DNA of 33,802 bases, from sequence record SRR22947727_788. One strand, given 5' to 3'. Both the position numbers and the translations under genes were made by a program. Shown piece after piece: positions 1 through 7,867 of this stretch (positions are counted from its first letter, which is position 1; every line of letters begins with the position of its first letter). The notes under the pieces are model-generated. The model did no database searches, was not told where the DNA came from, and worked only from the letters and a program-made list of their open reading frames with translations.

Positions 1-59
1 TGCTCCCAGCCCGTAGAGCGCGTACAGTGGGGGTTTGGTTCAGCCACCTAGCGCTGTAT

Positions 60-145
60 CTTGTGCGCACAGAGGCCTCATCTCTTCGGAAATAAGTCTC
101 TGATTGCGTGCCGACAAGTGACCTTGGGTAGGACAGTAGTCCTAC
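60..145 (+). promoter_or_regulatory. Structured 5' region of the rpmB operon (two hairpins)
   Basis: Long irregular stem 60-118 (cttgt/acaag, gcgca/tgcgt, cagagg/tctctg) capped by a cUUCGg tetraloop at 84-89. Perfect 7-bp hairpin gtaggac-agta-gtcctac at 128-145. SD AGGAGG at 158-163. Confidence 0.5.
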
Positions 146-167
146 GGTAGCGATAACAGGAGGAAAC

Positions 168-404
168 ATGGCAGCAGTCTGCCAAGTGACCGGAGCCACC
201 CCTGGTTTTGGACACAACATCTCACACTCGCACCGCCGCACGAAGCGTCGGTTCGATCCGAACATCCAGAAGAAGACGTACTTTGTGCCGTCTCTGAAGC
301 GCAACGTGACGTTGACGCTGTCAGTGAAGGGAATCAAGACCATTGATGCCCGCGGTATTGAGTCCGTCGTTGCAGAGCTACTCGCTCGTGGGGAGAAGAT
401 CTAA
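168..404 (+). CDS. rpmB: 50S ribosomal protein L28 (form lacking the zinc ribbon)
   Basis: MAAVCQVTG...[20 protein letters not shown] is the L28 signature. Only one Cys. Strong SD. Confidence 0.97.
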   Translation: MAAVCQVTGATPGFGHNISHSHRRTKRRFDPNIQKKTYFVPSLKRNVTLTLSVKGIKTIDARGIESVVAELLARGEKI

Positions 405-571
405 TGGCTAAAGCACAAGACGTTCGCCCCATCATCAAGCTTCGTTCCACCGCTGGTACGGGCTACACCTATGTCACCCGTAAGAACCGTCGTAACGATC
501 CCGACCGTCTGGTCTTGAAGAAGTACGACCCCGTAGTGCGTCAGCACGTCGAATTCCGCGAGGAGCGTTAA
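404..571 (+). CDS. rpmG: 50S ribosomal protein L33 (Cys-free), 55 aa; below the ORF-track length cut-off
   Basis: ATG overlaps the rpmB stop (TAATG). Translates to [55 protein letters not shown]. Confidence 0.96.
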   Translation: MAKAQDVRPIIKLRSTAGTGYTYVTRKNRRNDPDRLVLKKYDPVVRQHVEFREER

Positions 572-573
572 GC

Positions 574-879
574 ATGGCTAAGAAAAGCAAGATTGCGCGC
601 AACGAACAGCGCAAGGTAATCGTTGAGCGGTACGCCGAGAAGCGTCTCGAGCTCAAGAAGGCACTCGTTGACCCGAACGGAACCGATGAGTCGCGTGAAG
701 CAGCTCGTCTCGGTCTGCAGAAGCTTCCTCGCAACGCGTCTCCCGTTCGCGTCCGTGGACGTGACGCCATTGATGGTCGCCCTCGTGGTTTCCTGAGCAA
801 ATATGGCGTTTCCCGTGTCAGATTCCGCGAAATGGCACACCGGGGCGAATTGCCGGGCATTACGAAGTCCAGCTGGTAA
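574..879 (+). CDS. rpsN: 30S ribosomal protein S14 (long, Cys-free, zinc-independent form)
   Basis: [14 protein letters not shown]...[22 protein letters not shown]...[11 protein letters not shown], 101 aa. Confidence 0.97.
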   Translation: MAKKSKIARNEQRKVIVERYAEKRLELKKALVDPNGTDESREAARLGLQKLPRNASPVRVRGRDAIDGRPRGFLSKYGVSRVRFREMAHRGELPGITKSSW

Positions 880-949
880 CTTTTTTGGTGGCTCGGGAGT
901 GATTCTGGGCCGAGCCGAAATACCTACCAAGTCCGAGGAGGACAACGTT

Positions 950-1222
950 ATGAATCGCTCAGAACTTGTTGCAGCAGTTGCTGCGCACACTGGCCACAGC
1001 CAGGCAGCAGTGAACGGCGTCGTTGACGCTATCTTCGCCGTGGTGTCCAAGGAAGTTGCCCAGGGCAACAAGGTCACCATCCCCGGTTGGGTTTCCTTCG
1101 ACCGCACTCACCGTGCAGCTCGTCAGGGACGCAACCCCCAGACCGGTGCGACAATTCAGATCGCCGCATCCAAGAGCGTCAAGGTTTCTGCTGGTAGCAA
1201 GCTGAAGGCTGCTGTCAAGTAG
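950..1222 (+). CDS. hup: HU family DNA-binding protein, 90 aa
   Basis: MNRSELVAAVA...RAARQGRNPQTGATIQI HU signature. SD GAGGAGG upstream of ATG 950, so the ORF-track start at 803 is too long. Confidence 0.95.
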   Translation: MNRSELVAAVAAHTGHSQAAVNGVVDAIFAVVSKEVAQGNKVTIPGWVSFDRTHRAARQGRNPQTGATIQIAASKSVKVSAGSKLKAAVK

Positions 1223-1238
1223 TTTCTGACTCACTCAC

Positions 1239-1274
1239 ACATCAGGGACGACCACTGTTGGTCGTCCCTGATGT
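1239..1274 (+). terminator. Intrinsic terminator of the rpmB-hup operon
   Basis: Perfect 16-bp stem acatcagggacgacca / tggtcgtccctgatgt with a 4-nt loop, 16 nt after the hup stop. Confidence 0.88.
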
Positions 1275-1323
1275 CGTTAACAGCTGAGTCATCGCCCTCA
1301 GGCCCCTCGCCTACACTTTTGAT

Positions 1324-3330
1324 GTGACGACACGGTGGCCCCTTTCCTTTGTGGCCGTGCTCTCTCTCCTCATCGGAGGGATGCTGGCAGCCCTCCTCGT
1401 GGGTTTGGCCGCTGGGGGTGGCGCTGAGCCTTTGCTCCTGGTCGACCCTGGTGACGTTGTCCGTTACGGGATTCCCAGCGCCAAGGCGCTCGTCCACCTC
1501 GGAGCAGCTCTGGCCATTGGCTCCCTGATGCTGGCGGCTTTCGCCCTTGCCCCGAAGGACCCAGGCTTTGACGCGTCGTTGGTGGTTGCTGCCCTTGGCG
1601 CAGCGCTGATGACGCTGGCTTCGGCCATCAGCGCCTTTTTGACGTTCTTGGCGATCTATCTGGAGCCAGTGACCCTCACCCAGCAATTTGGTGACGTGTT
1701 GTGGCTTTTCGTGGTGGAGACAGAGATTGGTCGGGCGTGGCTGATTTCGACGATGCTGTCGGCAATCGTGACGGTCCTCGCGCTCCTTGTCCGCTCACAT
1801 ACCGGTGTTTTCTTCACCGGGGTTGTGGCAGTGGCGTCGCTGTGGCCGCTAGCGGAACTCGGCCATGCGGCTGGCACAGCGAACCACGAGGCAGCGGTCA
1901 GTGCGTCCTTCACTCACAGCGTCTTTGCGGCGATGTGGGTGGGTGGTCTTGCGATGGTGGCCATCCTTGGCTGGAGAGTTGATCGCACAGCGGTGCCCTT
2001 CACGAATGTCTTTCGCCGTTTCTCGACCATTGCGCTCGTGAGTTTTGCGGTGGTTGCGATGTCGGGTGCGACCAACGCGTGGCTGCGGATTGGTGAATTC
2101 CAGGGCTTGTTCACGCCGTATGGAGCTTTGGTGGTGGCGAAGATGGCGGCACTGGTGGTCTTGGGCTCAATGGGAGCGCTCTATCGTCTGCGCCTTATCC
2201 GTCGCATGGAGGGCGCAGTTGCTGGGCCCAGGTCCCTCACGATGCGTCTTGTTGCCGCGGAGCTTGCCCTGATGGGAATTGCTACCGGACTGGCGAGTGC
2301 CCTGGCGCGAACTCAAACTCCTGTCCCCCAGGTTCCCGCCACGGAGATTGCCCAGGCCACTCCAGCGGAGATTCTCACAGGGGAGCCACTGCCTCCCGAG
2401 TTCACGTGGGGTCGCGTCTTCACCGAGTGGCAGTTCGATGTGGTGTGGGCTCTGGTGGTCGTCTTTGGTTCGCTGTTCTACGTCTGGGGTCACCGTCGCT
2501 TGGCTGAGCGGGGCGATAGCTGGCCGATCTCGAGGACCATCATGTGGGTCTCGGGAATGATGATTCTGGGTCTCTCCACCAACTCCGGTCTTGCGGTGTA
2601 CGGCACGTATTTGTTCAGTGTTCACATGGTCGCCCACATGCTCCTGTCCATGGCGGTGCCGCTGTTGTTGGTGTTGAGCGCTCCCGTTACTCTCGCGTCC
2701 AGGGCCATTGCCGCACGCAAAGACGGGTCTAGGGGGGCACGGGAGTGGATTCTGCTCGCTGTGCACTCGAAGTATTTGGCGGTGCTGGGCCACCCCTTGG
2801 TAGCAGCGGTAATCTTCGCGATATCTCTGATCGTGTTCTACTACTCACCCCTGTTCGAATGGGCTCTGAGGGAGCATCTTGGACACCAGTGGATGATCCT
2901 GCACTTCCTCTTCACGGGTTACCTTTTCGCCCAGTCGCTGGTCGGGGTTGACCCCTCCCCGCATAACCCCCCGTATCCGTTGCGGCTCATCATCGTCCTC
3001 GCCACGATGGCGTTTCACGCGTTCTTTGGTGTGGGGCTCATTTACGGCACGGCCCTCCTGGTCCCCGAGTGGTACGGAGCGATGGGTCGTGAGTGGGGCT
3101 TAGACCCGCTGGCTGACCAACAGCAAGGCGGTGAGCTCGCGTGGGGTCTCGGTGAGATACCCACACTGCTCCTAGCGATCGTGGTGACCTGGTCCTGGAG
3201 CAAGAGCGACGATCGCAAGAATAAGCGGCGCGACCGCGCCGCAGATCGCGATGGGGACCGAGAATTGAACGCCTATAACGAGATGCTGGGGAATCTGGCG
3301 AAACGGGACGAGAAGCTCAGTAGAGGTTGA
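1324..3330 (+). CDS. CopD-Caa3_CtaG fusion: copper transport / cytochrome c oxidase assembly membrane protein (CtiP-like)
   Basis: About 16 TM segments. N-half has CopD-like GHAAG and H..WVGGL. C-half has FSVHMVAHMLLSM, MAFHAFFG and DQQQGG, typical of CtaG. -10 TACACT lies 6 nt before the GTG. Confidence 0.88.
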   Translation: MTTRWPLSFVAVLSLLIGGMLAALLVGLAAGGGAEPLLLVDPGDVVRYGIPSAKALVHLGAALAIGSLMLAAFALAPKDPGFDASLVVAALGAALMTLASAISAFLTFLAIYLEPVTLTQQFGDVLWLFVVETEIGRAWLISTMLSAIVTVLALLVRSHTGVFFTGVVAVASLWPLAELGHAAGTANHEAAVSASFTHSVFAAMWVGGLAMVAILGWRVDRTAVPFTNVFRRFSTIALVSFAVVAMSGATNAWLRIGEFQGLFTPYGALVVAKMAALVVLGSMGALYRLRLIRRMEGAVAGPRSLTMRLVAAELALMGIATGLASALARTQTPVPQVPATEIAQATPAEILTGEPLPPEFTWGRVFTEWQFDVVWALVVVFGSLFYVWGHRRLAERGDSWPISRTIMWVSGMMILGLSTNSGLAVYGTYLFSVHMVAHMLLSMAVPLLLVLSAPVTLASRAIAARKDGSRGAREWILLAVHSKYLAVLGHPLVAAVIFAISLIVFYYSPLFEWALREHLGHQWMILHFLFTGYLFAQSLVGVDPSPHNPPYPLRLIIVLATMAFHAFFGVGLIYGTALLVPEWYGAMGREWGLDPLADQQQGGELAWGLGEIPTLLLAIVVTWSWSKSDDRKNKRRDRAADRDGDRELNAYNEMLGNLAKRDEKLSRG

Positions 3331-4264
3331 GCACCGGCTGATCGCTGGAGGTGCCGCGCACAACACCCACGACATCGAAGGGCTCTGTGTCACGAAACTC
3401 GGTGATCGTCCCATCGAAAAGCGACTGAACTTGCACGGTCACTTCCGCAAGCCCCTCGCTCGCCACCATCGTCCAGCTCGCCCGATCGGCCGAGAGCCTC
3501 AGTTCCACCTGGGGGTAATCCAGGATGGTCCACTGCGGCACCCCCATCACCCGGTCGGCAATGGACACCGCAAACGGGCACTCTGCTGGTTGTAACACGC
3601 CTTGGGCCACACAGCCATCGAGGTATGCCTCGAGAGCTTGTGTGGTTGTCTCCATCAATTGACTGGTGGGGGACACCACCAAGCGAACACCGGCAGCCGC
3701 TCCTACCTCGGTCACTGCTGACACCACTGGTTCTGCCTGAACCCATTCGGTCTCCAGCGTGGAGGTGTATCGACCAGGGACGAGCACCGTGGTGCGAGGA
3801 GGAACCCCAAGGTTTCCCACCTCGAGAAGAGTGCCATTCACGGTGACCCGTTGGTCCCCGATCACCGCGAACTGCAGAGAGGCCACCGGCTGACGAGTGA
3901 ACCGCCAGGTGTCAAAAAACCACAACACCGGTTCACCCTGAGTGACGACGAAGACTGTGGATTCAGTGTCATCGCCAAACTCATACTCCGCCTGAATAAC
4001 CAACTCTCCGGTGGGCAGCGACGATGTCCCAACGATTCGAGGGTTGGTGAGTGACTCGGAGGCGACCGGCAGAATCTGAGGTGCACGGGTGAGCCCGGCG
4101 TGGCTCGCAGCGAGACCGTAATCGCTGGTCTCGAGAGCCCTGAGATACGAGGTCACAAAGCTGGTGGCTGAATACAGCGTGACATTGAGCGCTAAGACGG
4201 TGAGGAGCCAGAGTGCGACAACCCCGAGCGCCAGAAGCCCGAACCTCCGCACGATTGCCCACAT
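3317..4264 (-). CDS. Hypothetical membrane-anchored extracytoplasmic protein
   Basis: N-terminal RR plus hydrophobic anchor, then a beta-rich acidic domain with a C..CPF pair. ATG 4264 preferred over 4273 because TAGGAT sits 7 nt upstream. Confidence 0.8.
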   Translation of the reverse strand: MWAIVRRFGLLALGVVALWLLTVLALNVTLYSATSFVTSYLRALETSDYGLAASHAGLTRAPQILPVASESLTNPRIVGTSSLPTGELVIQAEYEFGDDTESTVFVVTQGEPVLWFFDTWRFTRQPVASLQFAVIGDQRVTVNGTLLEVGNLGVPPRTTVLVPGRYTSTLETEWVQAEPVVSAVTEVGAAAGVRLVVSPTSQLMETTTQALEAYLDGCVAQGVLQPAECPFAVSIADRVMGVPQWTILDYPQVELRLSADRASWTMVASEGLAEVTVQVQSLFDGTITEFRDTEPFDVVGVVRGTSSDQPVLNLY

Positions 4265-4324
4265 AGATGCCATCCTAGGTTGGTTGACCTAGCGCGTTTT
4301 CGGTCACGTGATGAGGAGCCTGTG

Positions 4325-5626
4325 GTGAGTGACGTTGTCCTGAGTGACGAACAACGCGGGGTTCTCGACCAGATGGAGAACACCCTGGACCACGTGTTCA
4401 TCACCGGTCGCGCGGGAACAGGCAAGTCCACCCTGCTTCAAGCTTTTGTGGCGAGCACGGCAAAAGTCGTTGCCGTGTGTGCACCCACCGGGGTTGCTGC
4501 GCTCGCTGTGGGAGGCCAGACGATTCACTCCCTGCTGCGCTTGCCGATCGGGATTATTGGAGCCAGAGAACTCGGGTTCATCCCCAAAGAATCGCTCGCC
4601 GTGTTGGCGAATCTCGACGCTTTGGTCATTGATGAGATTTCTATGGTGTCTGCCGATGTTCTCGACGCCATGGATCGCCGCCTCCGCCAAGCGAAGCGTC
4701 GAAGAAATACGCCCTTTGGTGGAATTCAACTCATCATGTTCGGCGACCCGTTCCAGCTAGCACCGGTGGTGTCGGGGCAAGCTGAGAAGGCCTACTACCA
4801 GGACCACTACCGATCCCCCTGGTTCTTCGACGCCGCCGTTTGGCGAGACACCGAGATGGACACCTACGAGCTGGATACCATCCACCGTCAAGCCGACTCC
4901 GAGTTTCGAGCCGTCCTCAATGCGTTGCGGGAAGGGCACATGGATCCTGACATGGGGCGGATGCTCAACGAACAGGGGATGCGCGAGCCAGAGGACCCAG
5001 AGCTCATCACCTTGGCCACCACCAACCAGGCGGTCACCAGAATCAATTCTTTGGCACTGGAGAGACTTCCCGGCAAGGGCAAAATAGCTCAGGCCGCAAT
5101 CGAGGGCGACTTTGGCTCAACCAGTGCTTATCCTGCTGACGAAGAACTCGTGCTGAAGCCCGGTGCGAGGGTGATGTTCCTGCGCAATGACACTCAAGGA
5201 ACCGATGGCCCGCGGTTTGTCAATGGAACGCTCGGCACCGTAGTGAAAATCACGGACACAGTTACCGTCGATGTTGACGGGGAGAGTGTGCTGGTAGAGC
5301 CGGTGACGTGGGAAAAGGTCAAGTACGAGTACCAGAGCTCTACCAAGACATTAACTCAGGACGTCGTCGCAGAATTTACTCAATTCCCGCTGCGATTAGC
5401 GTGGGCAGTCACGATTCACAAAGCTCAGGGAAAGACCTTGGATGCCGCCGTCATCGACTTGGGTCCGAGAGCTTTTGCCCCGGGCCAGACCTATGTGGCG
5501 TTTAGTCGACTGACCAGCCTGGACGGCCTCTACTTGAAAAGACCACTGACGCCATCGGACATCATCGTGGATGAGAATGTGGTGCGGTTCCTCGCCGAGG
5601 ACCGCGGCACTAACCGCTTAATCTGA
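4325..5626 (+). CDS. Pif1/RecD-like SF1B ATP-dependent DNA helicase
   Basis: Walker A GRAGTGKS, DEISMV, FGDPFQLAPV, QFPLRLAWAVTIHKAQG, YVAFSR. SD GAGGAG at 4313-4318 supports GTG 4325; the ORF is open from 4280. Confidence 0.9.
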   Translation: MSDVVLSDEQRGVLDQMENTLDHVFITGRAGTGKSTLLQAFVASTAKVVAVCAPTGVAALAVGGQTIHSLLRLPIGIIGARELGFIPKESLAVLANLDALVIDEISMVSADVLDAMDRRLRQAKRRRNTPFGGIQLIMFGDPFQLAPVVSGQAEKAYYQDHYRSPWFFDAAVWRDTEMDTYELDTIHRQADSEFRAVLNALREGHMDPDMGRMLNEQGMREPEDPELITLATTNQAVTRINSLALERLPGKGKIAQAAIEGDFGSTSAYPADEELVLKPGARVMFLRNDTQGTDGPRFVNGTLGTVVKITDTVTVDVDGESVLVEPVTWEKVKYEYQSSTKTLTQDVVAEFTQFPLRLAWAVTIHKAQGKTLDAAVIDLGPRAFAPGQTYVAFSRLTSLDGLYLKRPLTPSDIIVDENVVRFLAEDRGTNRLI

Positions 5627-5627
5627 G

Positions 5628-5698
5628 AGCGAGTGACGGGAATCGAACCCGCGCCATCAGCTTGGGAAGCTGAAGTTCTACCATTGAACTACACTCGC
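5628..5698 (-). tRNA. tRNA-Gly (anticodon CCC), CCA not encoded
   Basis: Reverse complement reads GCGAGTGTAGTTCAATGGTAGAACTTCAGCTTCCCAAGCTGATGGCGCGGGTTCGATTCCCGTCACTCGCT. Folds as a cloverleaf with a GTTCGA T-loop and U discriminator. Confidence 0.97.
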
Positions 5699-5743
5699 GA
5701 CGCCGACTCTGAGGCTGGTTGATGAGTCTACTAGTCTGGTCTC

Positions 5744-6328
5744 GTGCTTCTCTCAGACCGCGATATTCGTAGCGAACTTGACTCTGGCCGAATTGGCTTG
5801 GACCCCTTGGACCTCGACATGGTCCAACCCTCGAGCGTTGATGTTCGCTTGGACCGTTTCTTCCGCCTGTTTGATAACCACAAGTATCAACACATCGATC
5901 CCGCGATGGACCAGCCCGATTTGACGAGGCTTGTCGAGGTGGAATCCACAGAGGCATTTGTTCTTCACCCCGGAGAGTTTGTCCTGGGTGCAACGTTTGA
6001 AGTAGTGAGCTTGCCGGACGACGTGGCGGCTCGCCTTGAGGGGAAAAGCTCGCTGGGGCGCCTAGGTTTGCTCACCCACTCCACCGCAGGCTTCATTGAC
6101 CCAGGTTTCTCTGGTCACGTCACTCTGGAGCTCTCAAATGTGGCAACGCTCCCCATTACGTTGTGGCCGGGGATGAAGATCGGGCAGTTGTGTTTCTTCC
6201 GCCTCACTTCCCCGGCGGAGCACCCCTACGGTTCAGAGAAGTACGGCAGTCGCTACCAGGGCCAGCGGGGTCCCACCGCGTCACGCTCGTTTAAGAACTT
6301 TCACCGCACGGACGTCTCAAAGCCATAA
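5744..6328 (+). CDS. dcd: dCTP deaminase
   Basis: [48 protein letters not shown]. Confidence 0.96.
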   Translation: MLLSDRDIRSELDSGRIGLDPLDLDMVQPSSVDVRLDRFFRLFDNHKYQHIDPAMDQPDLTRLVEVESTEAFVLHPGEFVLGATFEVVSLPDDVAARLEGKSSLGRLGLLTHSTAGFIDPGFSGHVTLELSNVATLPITLWPGMKIGQLCFFRLTSPAEHPYGSEKYGSRYQGQRGPTASRSFKNFHRTDVSKP

Positions 6329-6846
6329 GGCTCACTCCACTGCTCCATCTGGTCTACTAGCCAGGGGCTAAAGGCAAACGGGGTGTTATGGACGGAGCTG
6401 TGGAGCGCACCGGGGTCAACCCATTGCCACTCGCACACTTCCTCCCCCAGGGGCGAAGGATCCGTCGTAGCGCGAGCCACAAAAACGGGACAGATTTCGT
6501 TTTCGACGATTCCTGAGGCATCCACAGCCCGGTAGCGAAAATCAGGGAGCGCTTCGGTGATGTCATGGAGTTCCAGACCCAACTCGTGCTGGGCTCTGCG
6601 TCGGATGGCACCTTCCATGGATTCGCCAGGACCAGGGTGACCGCAGGCCGAGTTGGTCCACACCCCCGGCCATGTTTTCTTGGAGAGCGCCCTCCGGGTG
6701 ATGAGTACGTGTCCCGCGTCGTTGAAGATGTGACACGAGAAGGCCAAATGCAGAGGTGTGTCCGTGGTGTGGACGGTGGCTTTGTCGGCTGTGCCAATCT
6801 CGGCACCGTCCTCGTCTAGGAGGATGACCAGCTCTGAGGTTTTCAT
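6301..6846 (-). CDS. idi: Isopentenyl-diphosphate delta-isomerase, type 1
   Basis: [36 protein letters not shown]. Confidence 0.95.
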   Translation of the reverse strand: MKTSELVILLDEDGAEIGTADKATVHTTDTPLHLAFSCHIFNDAGHVLITRRALSKKTWPGVWTNSACGHPGPGESMEGAIRRRAQHELGLELHDITEALPDFRYRAVDASGIVENEICPVFVARATTDPSPLGEEVCEWQWVDPGALHSSVHNTPFAFSPWLVDQMEQWSEPYGFETSVR

Positions 6847-6955
6847 CGTCTACTCGCGCTACTGTGCAAGGGTAATAACTTGTGGTTGTCGCCTAAGTGC
6901 GACCAGCACAGCCTAGCCAAAAGGCATGGAAATATCCCTCGGGAAGGACCCCACT

Positions 6956-7867
6956 GTGGCGGTTGAGTTAGATACCCGGATTGATCTCTACACTCGGGTA
7001 GCCCAGGAGACCTCCCAGGGAGTGATCAAGCGCTATTCCACCTCGTTCGGTCTTGCCTCCAGGCTCCTGGAGCCTCGGGTTCGCACTCACATCGGCAATC
7101 TCTATGCCTTGGTGCGACTGGCTGATGAAATTGTTGACGGGGTCGCGGCTGAAGCGGGTGTTTCCACCGCCGAGGCGGGTGCCATGCTCGATGCGCTCGA
7201 GGCTGACACTGAGCGGGCACTCCAGGTTGGCTACAGCACCAACCTGATTGTGCACGCCTTTGCGAGCTCGGCTCGACAAGTGGGCGTTACCGCTGAGCTC
7301 ACTCGCCCGTTCTTTCATTCCATGCGTATGGATCTCACGCAGACCGAACACACGCCCGAGACCTTTGACGAGTATGTCTACGGATCGGCCGAAGTTGTCG
7401 GCTTGATGTGCTTGGAAGCCTTCCTGGAGGGACGAGAGGTGCCAGAGACTGATCGTGAGGTCATGGTCAAGGGCGCTCGGGCCTTGGGTGCCGCCTTCCA
7501 GAAGGTCAATTTTTTGCGAGACCTCGGCGCGGATGTTCAAGCACTGGGACGAAGTTACTTCCCTGGAGTCTCCGTGGAAGAACTCGATGAGGACACGAAA
7601 CATCGACTCCTGGACGATATTGACCGCGACCTTGCCGACTCAGCCGCGGCGCTTCCTCTCCTTCCTGCGAGCGCCCGGCGCGCTGTCGCTCTGGCACACG
7701 TCTTGTTTGAGGCTCTCGGTGATCGGATTCGTAAGACTCCTGCCACCGTTCTCCAAACTTCACGGATTAGTGTTCCTGACGTGACGAAAGCGGTTCTTGC
7801 CGTGCGCGTTCTCACCGGTTATGTTCCCTCCGCTCCTCGCAGTTTGAGAAAGGCTCCTCGTGTCTAA
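6956..7867 (+). CDS. crtB: Phytoene synthase
   Basis: YSTSFGLA, RLADEIVD, YVYGSAEVVG, AFQKVNFLRD. SD GGAAGGA before GTG 6956; alternative ATG at 6926. Confidence 0.93.
   Translation: MAVELDTRIDLYTRVAQETSQGVIKRYSTSFGLASRLLEPRVRTHIGNLYALVRLADEIVDGVAAEAGVSTAEAGAMLDALEADTERALQVGYSTNLIVHAFASSARQVGVTAELTRPFFHSMRMDLTQTEHTPETFDEYVYGSAEVVGLMCLEAFLEGREVPETDREVMVKGARALGAAFQKVNFLRDLGADVQALGRSYFPGVSVEELDEDTKHRLLDDIDRDLADSAAALPLLPASARRAVALAHVLFEALGDRIRKTPATVLQTSRISVPDVTKAVLAVRVLTGYVPSAPRSLRKAPRV

Noticed and set aside
1..167. Zur box upstream of the zinc-free ribosomal genes
   Set aside because: No AT-rich TGAAAAT-type palindrome is visible. One could still lie outside the window.
803..949. N-terminal extension of HU in the ORF track
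   Set aside because: It overlaps rpsN. The SD and family alignment point to ATG 950.
5600..5700. Integrated element at tRNA-Gly
   Set aside because: No integrase and no duplicated tRNA 3' end seen in the window.
5610..5993. 127-aa minus-strand ORF
   Set aside because: It runs through the tRNA and antisense to dcd; shadow ORF.
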